Assembly: GCA_903840165.1 (NCBI GenBank)
Contig: CAIMEY010000002.1
Span: forward strand, 133,109-197,108
DNA from: an uncultured Myxococcales bacterium
Lineage (GTDB): Bacteria; Myxococcota_A; UBA9042
DNA: 64,000 bases
Reading direction: 5' to 3'
The notes below the pieces were generated by a model that did not search any database, was not told where the DNA came from, and saw nothing but the letters and a program-made list of their open reading frames with translations. Below are positions 49,001 through 57,000 of the stretch, one piece after another; position 1 is the stretch's first letter; every line of letters begins with the position of its first letter. A program made the translations under genes and the position numbers.

Positions 49001-49822
49001 CAAACGTTGGGCCGGCGAGGCCTGCGAATTCAGGCAGGCAACCAAGGCCTTAGCCAACTCGTCGCGGTCGCCGGTCGCTCTGGCGACTTCCACCCAACGT
49101 GGCGTAATTTCACCAATAGATTCAGTCGTTCCGCTGCTTGCCGTCAGCAACTCTACCGCATCGGCCAGAACGGCTGCGGCATCGGCCAGAGGTTCCTCCC
49201 CGTCGATGAGTAATTCCGCATAACCTACAAGGATTTGCGCTCGGTCTTCTTCCGGTGCCTCGGCAATCGCAAGACGTTGTCCAGCCAAAAGGGCCTGGCG
49301 ATCCTGCTGCTGTTGGGTCGCGATATCATGCAAGTCTGCAATTTCAGAGTTGTCTGGCTGGAGCTTGGCCAATTGCGCCAGCGCTACCAACGCCGATTGA
49401 CCGTGCCCGCGCTGGACATGGCTCTGCGCCGCCCGCAGCCAGGACTCCGCTTTGGCATCCGGATCGGTGTCGAGGTCTGCTATGGAATCAATGAGGTTTC
49501 CCAGGCGATTGAGGCGTGCGAAGGCCTCGTCCTGCTCCGCCAGGACAAGGAGACGCTTGCCGGTCGCGGGCGTTGGATGCAGGCGAAAGGATTCGCGAAA
49601 TAGGTCAAGCGCCCGGCCAGGATCCTGGGCAAAGACACAGCGAGCGGCGCGATCTAACAAGGCTGCACGCACGGCAGGGTGCGGTTCGGCCGAGGCCAGC
49701 GCTAGCAACTGCCCGGCGGCAAACTCTCGCGGCTCTGGTCCGGCATTCTGGCGCAGAAGAGCAGCAATTTCAAGGATGTCTTGTTCACTCGGTGGCGGCG
49801 TGGCGCCGGGGCTCTGCAGCAT
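40028..49822 (-). CDS. Giant (3264 aa) Ala/Leu/Asp/Glu/Gln/Arg-rich alpha-helical repeat (TPR-like solenoid) protein of unknown function
   Basis: Single uninterrupted 9.8-kb ORF. No signal peptide or TM. Compositionally helical throughout. C-terminus has clear TPR-like repeats (...YHQALEIQVDEQEAILGCARAHLGAGDMDRAMRLFDAVARRPG...ARSCFEDALALVPGHKEARAALL). Ends 165 bp upstream of argC on the same strand. Confidence 0.85.
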   Translation of the reverse strand: MLQSPGATPPPSEQDILEIAALLRQNAGPEPREFAAGQLLALASAEPHPAVRAALLDRAARCVFAQDPGRALDLFRESFRLHPTPATGKRLLVLAEQDEAFARLNRLGNLIDSIADLDTDPDAKAESWLRAAQSHVQRGHGQSALVALAQLAKLQPDNSEIADLHDIATQQQQDRQALLAGQRLAIAEAPEEDRAQILVGYAELLIDGEEPLADAAAVLADAVELLTASSGTTESIGEITPRWVEVARATGDRDELAKALVACLNSQASPAQRLPLADELANLHDVDRTLPGAAHVALTVLCQALPDDQVLRARHLVTGVLAAGEGLESALDKLRADAVRERDREGEAVICLALSWVAQDRYRETQEKSELDKAERQLRRVRTLAPHNAEALNFFENWYRDSGDHKRLLVALTQRLAVSEGREVIRIASEIARLCEGPLATPDRAVEAWQRVLTVQPDQVEATTALERLYQQQGRWQALRELLDRAVRALVNRAALDASALQRAASILARVAALHDPQGPLADAALAKQAWTQVLALAPGHAQAVEASVAAANPDEAVAILEAAVAAGGDAAALVPWLLQLADVYGQQGNAAAQLAALERATAHAPNHAGVAQAWLTALRDRGDSSALLRAYLGLITAQLQQDVRQVTAADLTGRWTAGVPTTLSEYLREAAILAEELSEPIAVRLFELHLAVSPGNTLSLQALTRLCASGDQAEALAAALQAQVQAPGQDSATKCQFLSQLATLQDEVLGDSPAALATATQLHALNPHHDVAVSLLARAQVLGGQVQTARSLFADTPAGAEDFAAFAQDCESRLAADATKLRADLQTQAARALASCPDQLERAALVAGHALRSTISIGSSAGEDVKAAAQMLLDFAVKAHIAGLELEALDALCAGDPSTTGRAWRLQRIEACARVQMPEQASEYAAELAEELLVDAEIAQAIHWCGRYAELAVLAGQGAGTADRLAAWAEIAQDSAGDDASVRQALAPLWRQIAQLSIKHEDFDLAARAVQRALASSDDAQGADQPELLDIRQEIAASQGDWATVVDSLRRRASLSTGPERSQWLLRAAEQADISLHDQALVADLYAQLLAHDPASAEGRIGLARALAPKDGTATDAGQLAWQNALDQVLELSAEHQAARLQAAVDRLSQTPVDAPVPAAVLSLVREMGDVDELLDQQLELISIAQSRLDLQAKHAPLAAALLPVLERQGRDQEALICQEILQLAETDPTKRALRADDLALQLQASDPGRALDGLLPVLRVDPTAFSRWQLAADLADAAERPGEWTGLACAALGLAPQDEVTVLQDRQKAVVLGQLTVQRALGQGDRDLAAIVLRWLLELVPDRHDLHEELETLLRESNDLDALALALEQRIVADLSADDRMMSWLRLAALHSDERQSPAEALDALRRARENLPESQEVAAAVLDAIRQWDTPQALATELQLRLKQPAADVDAAQLQIWRLELADLLERGADPRAALDHWLQALDSDPGQDQAATQALGNWLKSAEAGVDLSLSIQADRLEQLLDMRGDTASLATVLQRRGEAGDGAAWQRLIALREAQQSDIAGAFTAACTFLASAPTAEAAKSAVKRLALLVEPKLSDATLQNLSESGDPQVVHFALNLWAESARDRGDFATQAAALQGLLATVPISEGNSQQEIRANLASVFENSLHDLGAALGTWLPLLDGTWHNRAVAEVLRLADAMDQGGDIDDIVRDASQWLADDQQRTAERLKLAERAYARNDFARMVDVLDLVLAQDAHHDEAFALRAAALQELPESDRWPRLADHLRLSLLRTGTVQQHQQVQVELAQILHRYLGQSAAGFALIDELLQAEPGAADASHWLEIATQMAHSAGLDEQADALRGQDAARVQQALAQARQQGDQPTVLRLLARQLIEQNAAPELFAAIAEIRDLGAETRATSEAVTRLAMSLAELKPDQAKTAIQWRLADVNPDRDPDSWLQAHLLASEYLEPAQARDNWLELGIFARDHLKDADQALQWLLQALTPAPIHSVLQALETVAQSVDSAAVATASLLDIADAGREDADAIAQTGFALARGHEELTEQARVFAGLLAASTSDQAPAQAWLEADARAQGDAEALRHHLQTRAEQLQDKTPDAAAELWLEIAALTEDVGDQIHALDAALALSPQAEAPLRARLAVAMEQLDQQLLIDLGRRLGDRLQAAESAAVATALAAQNRWPEALLAAQRVLQAEPNHAAMRVLHARALTKVGDIGAARLAWLDALEGMNDLDSVPLRVEAAALALQAEDVGDAVGHLAQVVIVAPQSAELWAFLNSHASHEGLLAATSETLVPILREVGHADLAVKIQQMALAALPASERGAAGRALASAVADDLGQHQDALDLLMDQVRDGVEPLEAIALSSDIARTGNLVEAWLDQVFDALSAEEVPPEAMSDAVSLAAGAGREAGLSSRAADLWTLVWDQDSDNLDACEATLACRRESGDAAALGRDLARAIMLGTGDVNAWRLELADIERFLGRPRQTLRLVLDVLRVDPTQSDAVALGLQLAAEPATQAEALAELEPLLRGAQQWDGVLQLLQVKLQKAQNSAAQSEIAKEITWIETNHASNLGHGVQALAAALRASPSVATWLALRHAARLPQDSVVLAEATAAVLAAPLSPSDLAQVLHYAAQQAIEAGDTKKAEGHLVTLVQGSPEDDDAFEMLETLYDAAERWTDLLGAWQSRVARLENLDRKRLGLHRVAGLARTLDKLDDAVAALRALCDLDAHDPQAHAELVDLLRDRNDPQALAASLVVLARITAGSVERADHLCEAARLQARELKNADRANDLYEEAFRADPGHDEAFVFLERQAGHEARRLEPLYALRAKHLQPGPTRTLTLRRLAQARSERGDGNGACEALRTALGDDAENPVLVDELLRIADQHRVWAAWVQAAEHRLAKEARKDGHVALQAQLIRVLLTELNDEASADKHMQLLLKSAPSDPATRHVQRLMQASSGDAQQALTGLEALLRDSKDPQEQIVLHQQLADLYATRQNNPGKAIKEYQRLLSLDPKRWAARRKLCDLYAARNSHEALAESLRQWINALADGDGRSTLRLELGGELLDLHVELGQVQLQLGQVTEATSTLRKAHVLGGDTVQLDALLLPLLQASGDFHAALQLSQWLLAHETLDDSGRFARLIQAGHAAEGAHDYAAARTHYHQALEIQVDEQEAILGCARAHLGAGDMDRAMRLFDAVARRPGTKAQVRADAFVGMGNCRLKRKQTAQARSCFEDALALVPGHKEARAALLET

Positions 49823-50177
49823 CGAAGCTCCGTCGCGCGGGCGTAAGGTGTGGCCCGCCGTTCTGGCGCGGTGCCGTCGTCCAGCAGCTGGCTCGACGGG
49901 CGACGATCGGCGATTTGCTCAAGGAATTCGCATGGCCACCCGACCATTCGCGCCCCTCCGTGAGGGCATACCGCCTCGTGCTGCGCAGTCTAGCCTTGCG
50001 CTAGCGTCCCCGCAACCTGCCGATCCGCCCGGCGATCCATTGCTTTGCAGCCCGACGCGGCGCACGGGCCGTGTTTAGGCACTTGGCGATCAGCGGCCGG
50101 CAAGCCGGGGACGTGCCCTCGGCTTTGGGCAACACTGGCGCAGTGGCTCCCGCATTGTGCCCAAATTCAGGAATCAT

Positions 50178-50513
50178 CTAGCGGACGTATTTGTCCTCAA
50201 GCCGCACTACGTCGTCGAGTTCCGGCGTCGATACTTCCACCAGACGCACATCGCAGTCGTCGGCACCGAAGCGATGCACTGTGCCCGGCGTGACGTGAAA
50301 GACCTCTCCGGGCTTGAGGAATCGGACTTCGGGCGGGTTGCGCCCCACTTCTAGCCTGAGGATGCCTTCTAGCACGCAGACCGTTTCCTCTTTGCGTTCA
50401 TGGTATTGACGCGAAAGAATCTCGCCGCGGCGAATGACCAGAAACTTGCCGGCGTACCGCGACGTCTCCGCCCAAATTTCTTCATGTCCCCAAGGCTTTT
50501 CAACGACGCGCAT
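50178..50513 (-). CDS. Cupin-domain protein
   Basis: Start at internal MRVVEKPWGHEEIWAE (minus ATG 50513). G(x)5HxH(x)nE-like cupin motif region (...QYHERKEETVCVLEG...VFHVTPGTVHR). Confidence 0.6.
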   Translation of the reverse strand: MRVVEKPWGHEEIWAETSRYAGKFLVIRRGEILSRQYHERKEETVCVLEGILRLEVGRNPPEVRFLKPGEVFHVTPGTVHRFGADDCDVRLVEVSTPELDDVVRLEDKYVR

Positions 50514-50660
50514 GAACCTCTCCTTTGCCCGGCAGCGGCGATTGCCGCCAAAACCGGGAGACACTGACAACAACTGACCCGGACGCGCAGCGACGCCGAG
50601 TGCACCTAAACTGCAGTAAGTAGCTGAAATTTAGGCCAATAGCCCGACCCAACTTTGGCC

Positions 50661-51134
50661 CTAACCCATCGACGCGGGCCTTTGCGTCTTGAGGCGCACG
50701 GTCACCTCCGTTCGCCACTGGTCGGCCGGCAATTCATCATGCGGTCCAACAAGATAGACCTCGGTGGCCCCTTCCGCTAGCAGCCAGCGGTGGTCATCCA
50801 CCCAGGTGGACAGTGCGTCGTAGGCTCGGCCAATATCCTGATACGAACCAACGTGTTGCGCGACAGCAACGTGGGCAGGCGGCAGCATCGTCGTGCGCAG
50901 ATCGGCCGTTGCCGGGAATTCTTCAGCCACGGGCACGCAGATGCGCGCGTTCACTGCACCGGGGTCCTGCGTATCGGCCGCGTACAAGGCCATAGGCGGT
51001 CCCTGAGGGACAGCGCCCGCCCGGTGAACCGCCGCCAAGAGCGCGCGGACCGCTTCAGCAATGCCTTCACTGGCACCGCAATAGCTCTGAAACGCCACGC
51101 GAACTGCTGGATAGATTGCCTCTTGCACTGCCAC
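50661..51134 (-). CDS. GyrI-like small-molecule-binding domain protein
   Basis: 157 aa. ...VRVAFQSYCG...PMALYAAD...ICVPV... ATEVYLVGPHDELPADQWRTEV pattern resembling effector-binding (GyrI/AraC-E) domains. Confidence 0.55.
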   Translation of the reverse strand: MAVQEAIYPAVRVAFQSYCGASEGIAEAVRALLAAVHRAGAVPQGPPMALYAADTQDPGAVNARICVPVAEEFPATADLRTTMLPPAHVAVAQHVGSYQDIGRAYDALSTWVDDHRWLLAEGATEVYLVGPHDELPADQWRTEVTVRLKTQRPASMG

Positions 51135-51325
51135 GTAGTTGGTCCCCCCGGTCCGCGGTCCAGTCTAGCCTTCAGAGGTGGCAATTACAAGCGAAACTCT
51201 TGGACGGTTTGACAGGCAGGAGGGCCTTGGCGATCCTCAGCCGGTTGCCATCGACGGGCAGTCGTCCGTGGTTCCATAGGTTTTTGGGCCGCAACTGCCA
51301 TGCCGGCCGCGGCTTGAGAGGGTGA

Positions 51326-51970
51326 ATGCGCCGTTTGGCTATGGGATCGTTGTGGATTGGCTTGATGCTGACGGTGGCCACTGCGGCGTGCAGTGGTGCC
51401 TCTAGCAATGAGATATCCTTAGAGAATTTGCCGCAGACCGATGGCATTCGGCATACGATTTCCCAGAGTCGAGCAAGCGTCCTCATTCCAAAGGGTTGGC
51501 GAATTGCCGCGCCCACTTCGTGGCTGAGGCAGGTAGCGCCAGAGTTAGCAATTCTCTTGCACATTGAGCGATTGCCTGAGCCCGAGGGTGGAGCTCAGAC
51601 CTACGTCGACCGGATGATTGCCGACACGACCAGCGCCGGCGAGGCCGACATAGAGTCCGACCGTCGCGTGCGCCTAGGCGATTTGGACGCGCGCTTGGTG
51701 CAAACCGTTGAGCTGCGCGGTGCAGCGCCTAAGGCTTTGTGGAGTTTGGTCGTTAGCGCCGAAGATGGCATGTGGCTGGCCAGTGTTCTTGGCCCCGTAA
51801 GTGATCTGCGCGCCAAGCGTTCCGAGGTGATGGCTGCGCTGCTGTCCCTGAGGATCGACGCGCCGCCAGGGGCTCCGCGTCAGGATGGTAGGCCCTTGCC
51901 TCCAGAGCTGGAACTCGAGTTGCCAGAGGCGGTTACGCCCAGCGAGAGCTCGGCGCCACCAAGGAAGTAG
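51326..51970 (+). CDS. Hypothetical lipoprotein
   Basis: 214 aa. MRRLAMGSLWIGLMLTVATAACSG signal/lipobox-like N-terminus. No other motif. Confidence 0.5.
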   Translation: MRRLAMGSLWIGLMLTVATAACSGASSNEISLENLPQTDGIRHTISQSRASVLIPKGWRIAAPTSWLRQVAPELAILLHIERLPEPEGGAQTYVDRMIADTTSAGEADIESDRRVRLGDLDARLVQTVELRGAAPKALWSLVVSAEDGMWLASVLGPVSDLRAKRSEVMAALLSLRIDAPPGAPRQDGRPLPPELELELPEAVTPSESSAPPRK

Positions 51971-52084
51971 GCCTTGGTTAGGGACCCGGAAAGCCTGGTT
52001 GATTGTGCGCGGGCGCGTCCTGATATTTAGGAAAAATCAAGTGTTGTGATGCGCTTGGGGCATTTCACGTCGCCCGGGCTAGTG

Positions 52085-52738
52085 CTAAAATGCCCAGCCA
52101 ACGGCCGCGCGCACCATCGGCAGCAGGAGCCAGGCATTGGCGACTTCACCTGGCGCGTTGGCGTTGTGGGTAAACTGGCTGATTTGCATCATTTCTAGAC
52201 CCGCATCGCCATCCACGGTCAGTCCGAAGGGCCAAATGTAGCGTCCGCCCAAGTGAACGCCACCACCGGTGCCCCCCCCCTCGGCCGTGTAGCCGGTGAG
52301 CGAAGATTTGTTAGAAATGCCAAGCAATTGCGCGCCAATGCGTAGGCCCCGGTCAAAGGTGCCGACCACGTAATAGTTGCCGCCGGCGCCGAGACCGAAC
52401 GAACGGATGTTGTCCAGCGCCGTTTGGCCATACGTGTTGGACACGGTCTGTCCCTGGTACAGAATGCCAAGATGGCCAAATAACGTGAATTTTGGATCCG
52501 TCACGTACTCGGCGCTGAGGCCCATCCAGGGCAGGACTGGCGCGGTGCCGTCGGACTGGTTGACGCGCATGGCAAAACTGCCGACGCCCACAGCGAGCCA
52601 GTGCGGGCGGTTGGGCCGGGAAATGGCTTCCGGCTCGGGGTCTTTGCCCCAGTTGTCGTCATTGGCCCAGGCGAGGCTGGCCAGTGGCAGCGAAACAAGT
52701 AGTGAAATCAGTGCTATCCAGGGGTTGATACGGCTCAT
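52085..52738 (-). CDS. Small outer-membrane beta-barrel protein
   Basis: ORF 52085..52912. Start at internal MSRINPWIALISLLVSLPLASLAWA (signal peptide; minus ATG 52738). Alternating hydrophobic beta-strand pattern, Gly-rich loops, C-terminal aromatic ...AVGWAF. Confidence 0.65.
   Translation of the reverse strand: MSRINPWIALISLLVSLPLASLAWANDDNWGKDPEPEAISRPNRPHWLAVGVGSFAMRVNQSDGTAPVLPWMGLSAEYVTDPKFTLFGHLGILYQGQTVSNTYGQTALDNIRSFGLGAGGNYYVVGTFDRGLRIGAQLLGISNKSSLTGYTAEGGGTGGGVHLGGRYIWPFGLTVDGDAGLEMMQISQFTHNANAPGEVANAWLLLPMVRAAVGWAF
52272..52280. repeat. C9 homopolymer (G9 on the coding strand) inside the OMP gene, encoding Glu-Gly-Gly-Gly
   Basis: Read directly: g-ccccccccc-t at 52271-52281. 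It is the longest homopolymer I noticed in the window. Confidence 0.9.
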
Positions 52739-52853
52739 AGCCACCTCCGGCGAAAGGCAATCGCGACGCTTGAAAGGCCATGGGCGCAGGTCGCTAGTTT
52801 CGTTTGAAATTGCAGTCTTTTTTCGCCATGGTGGCGGTCCATACTGCCCAGGC

Positions 52854-54245
52854 TTAGTGGCCACCCCGTCCCGGTCTGACGTTCCACAGCGTAGAGATGA
52901 GGACGCTGCCAATCAAGGCAAAGACAATGGGTGCAAAGGCCCAGACTTTCCAGCCATATCCGTCGAGCAGTCGGCCCATTCCGATGCCAACGATGGAGCC
53001 GGCGAGGTACTGGGCGCCGTCAAAGAGGCCGGCTGCCGTCGCGACCGCCTTGCGTCCGCCGAAGTCCATCGAGGCAGCGCCACCGACCATGGAGTGCGCC
53101 GCCTGGATGCATAGCGAGACCAGGATCAGCATCGTCATTGAAATCCAAGGGGAAGGTGCGAAATTGTCGGCCGAGCCGAGCAGGGCCAAACAAATGGCCT
53201 GACCGATGAAGGCAAAGGCGATCACCGGGGCGCGGCGGGCACCGAAGACCCGATCGGAGACGTTGCCTGCGATCAAGCCACCGATAATGGCGGCCACAGG
53301 CATGCCCACGGAAGCGATTTGGTAGGGAAGGAAATGACCTAAGGCCTTGGGATCAATGTGATAGACGTTGCTGAAGTACTTGGCCCACCAATGGTCCACT
53401 GAGTTGCGCACAAAGCCGATCATCATCGATGACAGGGCGATGACCCACATGGTCCGATTTGCAAAGACCTTTTTCAGGACAAATCCCATCGTGGCAGGAG
53501 CTTCGGCCTCTTCTTTGGTCAGGTCGCCGGTGTCAAATTCGCCTAACCCAGCATCGGCCGGGCTGTTTTCAACCATCGCGCGGTTGGCAAAGAACAGAAG
53601 GGCCAGTGCGGTGGCGGGCACCCAAAACACGTATTGCCAAGGCAAGAAGGCCAAGATGAACGGGCCGACCGAGAAGGCCAGGGTACGGCCTGACTGGATC
53701 ATGATGCCGAATATACCTGCAAAACTACCGCGTTCTGAGACGTGGAACCAGTGGGCATTGATCTTGACGATGGAAAGTGCGCCAAAGGACTGAAAGTAGT
53801 GGTTGAGGCCCCACAAGATCGCGAAAACATTGATCGCAGCGGCCGTTGATAGGCCGAATTGCAAAGTAGCCGGCGTGACCACAGACTTGGCATCTGGGGT
53901 CCAAATGGCGGCCTTGTTCAGCATTAAATAGCCGAAACCAAAGAGTAAGTTGAAAACGGCCGAGCCCGCGCTGCCGATGAGGATGGCGCGCTTGCCGCCG
54001 AACTTGTCCGCCAAGGGCCCGTTGAGGAAAACCGAAAAGGCGTAGACGATGGTGCCGGCGGAAATGACCGTGCCTAACTGCGTGTTAGTCCAGCCAAATG
54101 TCGATGCCAAGTAGGCTGACACGGCGCTGAAGTTGTAGCGGCCCATGTAGAAAAAGCCGTACATCATGCCGAGGAGTAGCCAGTTTTGGACCCGTCGCCG
54201 ACGGAAGGCCGGAGTCAGGCGCGCTGAGAGTTCCGAATTCACCAA
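52854..54245 (-). CDS. MFS transporter, organophosphate:Pi antiporter (GlpT/UhpC-like) family
   Basis: 463 aa, 12 predicted TM. LLGMMYGFFYMGRYNFSAV motif region typical of the OPA family. Confidence 0.8.
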   Translation of the reverse strand: MVNSELSARLTPAFRRRRVQNWLLLGMMYGFFYMGRYNFSAVSAYLASTFGWTNTQLGTVISAGTIVYAFSVFLNGPLADKFGGKRAILIGSAGSAVFNLLFGFGYLMLNKAAIWTPDAKSVVTPATLQFGLSTAAAINVFAILWGLNHYFQSFGALSIVKINAHWFHVSERGSFAGIFGIMIQSGRTLAFSVGPFILAFLPWQYVFWVPATALALLFFANRAMVENSPADAGLGEFDTGDLTKEEAEAPATMGFVLKKVFANRTMWVIALSSMMIGFVRNSVDHWWAKYFSNVYHIDPKALGHFLPYQIASVGMPVAAIIGGLIAGNVSDRVFGARRAPVIAFAFIGQAICLALLGSADNFAPSPWISMTMLILVSLCIQAAHSMVGGAASMDFGGRKAVATAAGLFDGAQYLAGSIVGIGMGRLLDGYGWKVWAFAPIVFALIGSVLISTLWNVRPGRGGH

Positions 54246-54469
54246 AGGGGCCTCCTAAGAATCGTGCGCAGCCCATGCGGGTGCGGCCCAAGGCGTAGTA
54301 ACACAAGCGGTTGCGGCAAGTGTCAAGTGCGGCTGGCGGCTCTGTCGCGCTTGTTCCGCGCCCAACCGCGGCACAGTCCTTGGCCTAGCATTGCACGGAG
54401 ATGCACGCACTGGTCGACCGATAACTGGCCATCGCGGCAGATTGCCGTACCATTGAGCTTTGCCCCGAG

Positions 54470-56134
54470 GTGAGTGTGGCGAAGACCGTTTCTGGACAAC
54501 CTCTGCAATCTCAAGCGGAACCACCGCCGAGTGCGACCGATTGCTCGGTTCCTTCAGCGCTCTTGAGCGCCGCAGATGCTGGAATCGCTTCAGGGAATCC
54601 CAGCGATCACGATGACACCGAACCCCACCTGCGCGTTGCCGTGCATGACCGTTCCCGCCTGGAATGGGTGGCGACGGTGCCCCTTGCTCCCCGTGGCAAA
54701 TCAAGGACTTGGGAGATTGTGCTAGAGGCCGATGTTGCCGATGCGATCTGGGTGCCTCACCAACCTTGGGACCATTTCCAAGTGCGCACGCGGCTGACAA
54801 GTCCGCTGCTCCAGCCGGGGCGACGCCAAGCGGGGCCGGCCATCGACCAACTCCGCCGCCGGGGTCTCGCTGCGGTGCATGAGCTCAAGTTGGCGACAAG
54901 ATTGCCGATGCGCATCCTCGAACAGGCGCGGCGTCGCGATCGCACCCTGACCGAGGCCGAAGCCGACTCCGTGATCGTCGCCCTGCATCAGGCGGTGCAG
55001 CGTGCGCAAACTGCCCGTGTGAGTTGGGATTATTTGGTCGATGCCGGTAGCGAGTCCCTGGTGACCGAACAGCGATTGGTCGACGAGTTTTTGTCCTGCC
55101 AAATCCTGATGCTTATCACGCGTTTGACCCAGGCGATGCGCGGACGCGAGATGGTGGGAAGGGCGGCTAAGCCGTTGAAAAGTATCGATGGATCGGTGGC
55201 GCGGCTGGACGCAGCCCTGGCCGACGCGATCTTGGAAGAGCAGGCGTATCGGCGGCGTGTCGGCGTTTCGGCCTATCGGATTCGCGGGCCCCATGACGTT
55301 GAGGTGTACCTCAATCGGGCTGCTGCGCTCAAAAAACACTTTCAGCAAGCGCTGTTCCTAGATGCCCACGCCTACATGCTCGATGCCCGTCTGCGCAACT
55401 GGATCGCCGTCATGGTGGCGATGGTGGCGTCGACGTTCTACTTTGCCGGCCAGATCTGGGTACTTAACGCGGCGATGTCGACGGCGCAGACCACCGTTTC
55501 CCTGGCGATTGCCTGTCTTATCGCGGCCTTGGTCTATGCCGCCAAGGATCGCATCAAAGAAGTCGGCCGGGATTGGGTCGTTCGCCGCGTGAAGAACAGT
55601 TACGCCAATCGAATCGCTAACTTGCATTTGCAGGCGCGCATGGACCCCGAGCAAACAAAGCTCGCCACGGCCCGGGAAACCATCACGGTGACCAAGCGGC
55701 TGGAGCCCGACGTCCTCAATCCCGACCTGGGCCGGACCGCCGCCGTGCACCAGATCATCGTGCGCGAACATCTCAAGCATTCGGGCTTGAAGGTGCTTCA
55801 TGATCAAGGGCTTACGGGGCTCAAGCACGTCTTTCGCTATGACTTATCACCTTTGTTCGACAAGTTGGATGATCAAGCCAAGCAAGTGCCCGTGCTGACT
55901 TCCGAAGGCGTGCGGACCATGGCCGCGGCGCGGGTCTATTCCCTGTCGCTGCGCGTCACACTGCGTGAAGTCGGCGGAACGACGTTGATTACCGAGACGG
56001 GCGAACTGCTTCTGCGCCGCCGAGGGTTGATCCGCTTTGTGCGCGGCAACACGGCCAAAGCCAAGCAAGCGGAAGCCAAGGCTGTGGAACGCACGCCGCT
56101 GCCACTGCGCGCTCGCTTTGCCCTGCCGACTTAG
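54470..56134 (+). CDS. Hypothetical membrane protein
   Basis: 554-aa ORF. Two adjacent hydrophobic helices in the middle (NWIAVMVAMVASTFYFAGQIWVLNAAMS / VSLAIACLIAALVYAA). No recognisable motif. Start uncertain. Confidence 0.45.
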   Translation: MSVAKTVSGQPLQSQAEPPPSATDCSVPSALLSAADAGIASGNPSDHDDTEPHLRVAVHDRSRLEWVATVPLAPRGKSRTWEIVLEADVADAIWVPHQPWDHFQVRTRLTSPLLQPGRRQAGPAIDQLRRRGLAAVHELKLATRLPMRILEQARRRDRTLTEAEADSVIVALHQAVQRAQTARVSWDYLVDAGSESLVTEQRLVDEFLSCQILMLITRLTQAMRGREMVGRAAKPLKSIDGSVARLDAALADAILEEQAYRRRVGVSAYRIRGPHDVEVYLNRAAALKKHFQQALFLDAHAYMLDARLRNWIAVMVAMVASTFYFAGQIWVLNAAMSTAQTTVSLAIACLIAALVYAAKDRIKEVGRDWVVRRVKNSYANRIANLHLQARMDPEQTKLATARETITVTKRLEPDVLNPDLGRTAAVHQIIVREHLKHSGLKVLHDQGLTGLKHVFRYDLSPLFDKLDDQAKQVPVLTSEGVRTMAAARVYSLSLRVTLREVGGTTLITETGELLLRRRGLIRFVRGNTAKAKQAEAKAVERTPLPLRARFALPT

Positions 56135-56338
56135 GGACCAGCGTGCCAGGATAGCTGCCTGTAAGCACTTGGGATTGTTCGCTGCTAGCCAGGGCGTCGG
56201 CGGTTGCTTGGGCACACCTGCCTGCGCGATGAACCTTTCCCGTCGCCGCGGCAACCTAAGTAGTAGACTGGGTTGCAAGGCAGGCGGCCCAGCGATGCTA
56301 GGTGGTTGTCGCAACGGTTCCGCCACGCCCTGAGGCCC

Positions 56339-56971
56339 CTCATGATCGCAGCAGTGCCAGACAGGGATGATGCGGTGGATGCTGACGCCATTGATTTGGC
56401 GCTGGTTTCTTCCTATCAGCGCGGCAATGGTCATGCGCTGGCTGAGATCTATCGTCGCCACGGGCGCCGCGTGGAGTCCGTGGCCCGCAACATGATCGGG
56501 CCTTCTAGTGAACTTGAAGATATTGTTCAGGATGTCTTCATCGAATTGCAGCGCGCGCTGTGTAAGTTTCGCGGCGACTGTCGCTTTACAACCTGGCTGC
56601 ACCGAATTACCGTCAATGTTTCGCTGATGTACCTGCGCAAGGGGCGACGACGGGGCTGGCTGCGCTGGATTGGCCTGGACACGCCCGCGGGGAGTCCGGC
56701 GCTGGCTCGGTCAGCCAATGTCGAGAATCGCTATGACGCCCGCGATGTCTGTCGTCAACTGTATGATATTCTGGGTAAAATACCTGAAAAGAAACTGGTC
56801 GTCTTTGTGCTGTTCGAACTCGAAGGCATGCCCCAGGAAGAGATCGCGGCCAGTCTGCAGATTTCAGTCAATACCGTGAAATCACGTTTGTTTCATGCAC
56901 GCCAAGAGGTCTTCGAGTTGGCTAGGTCCCGGGGAATTCTGCCGCCCCATGCCTTGCAGGTCGTCAAGTAG
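56339..56971 (+). CDS. ECF-type RNA polymerase sigma-70 factor
   Basis: ORF 56273..56971. Internal start MIAAVPDRDD. Region 2 (DIVQDVFIELQRALCKFRGDCRFTTWLHRITVNVSLMYLR) and region 4 (LVVFVLFELEGMPQEEIAASLQISVNTVKSRLFHARQ). Confidence 0.85.
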   Translation, partial: LMIAAVPDRDDAVDADAIDLALVSSYQRGNGHALAEIYRRHGRRVESVARNMIGPSSELEDIVQDVFIELQRALCKFRGDCRFTTWLHRITVNVSLMYLRKGRRRGWLRWIGLDTPAGSPALARSANVENRYDARDVCRQLYDILGKIPEKKLVVFVLFELEGMPQEEIAASLQISVNTVKSRLFHARQEVFELARSRGILPPHALQVVK

Positions 56972-57000
56972 GCGTCGCACGCCGCGTTATAGGTGAGTCC

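Noticed and set aside
54255-54800. ORF 54255..54800 (-) between the MFS transporter and the 554-aa membrane protein gene.
   Set aside because: Arg/Pro-rich composition. It overlaps the 5' end of the plus-strand ORF. Likely spurious.
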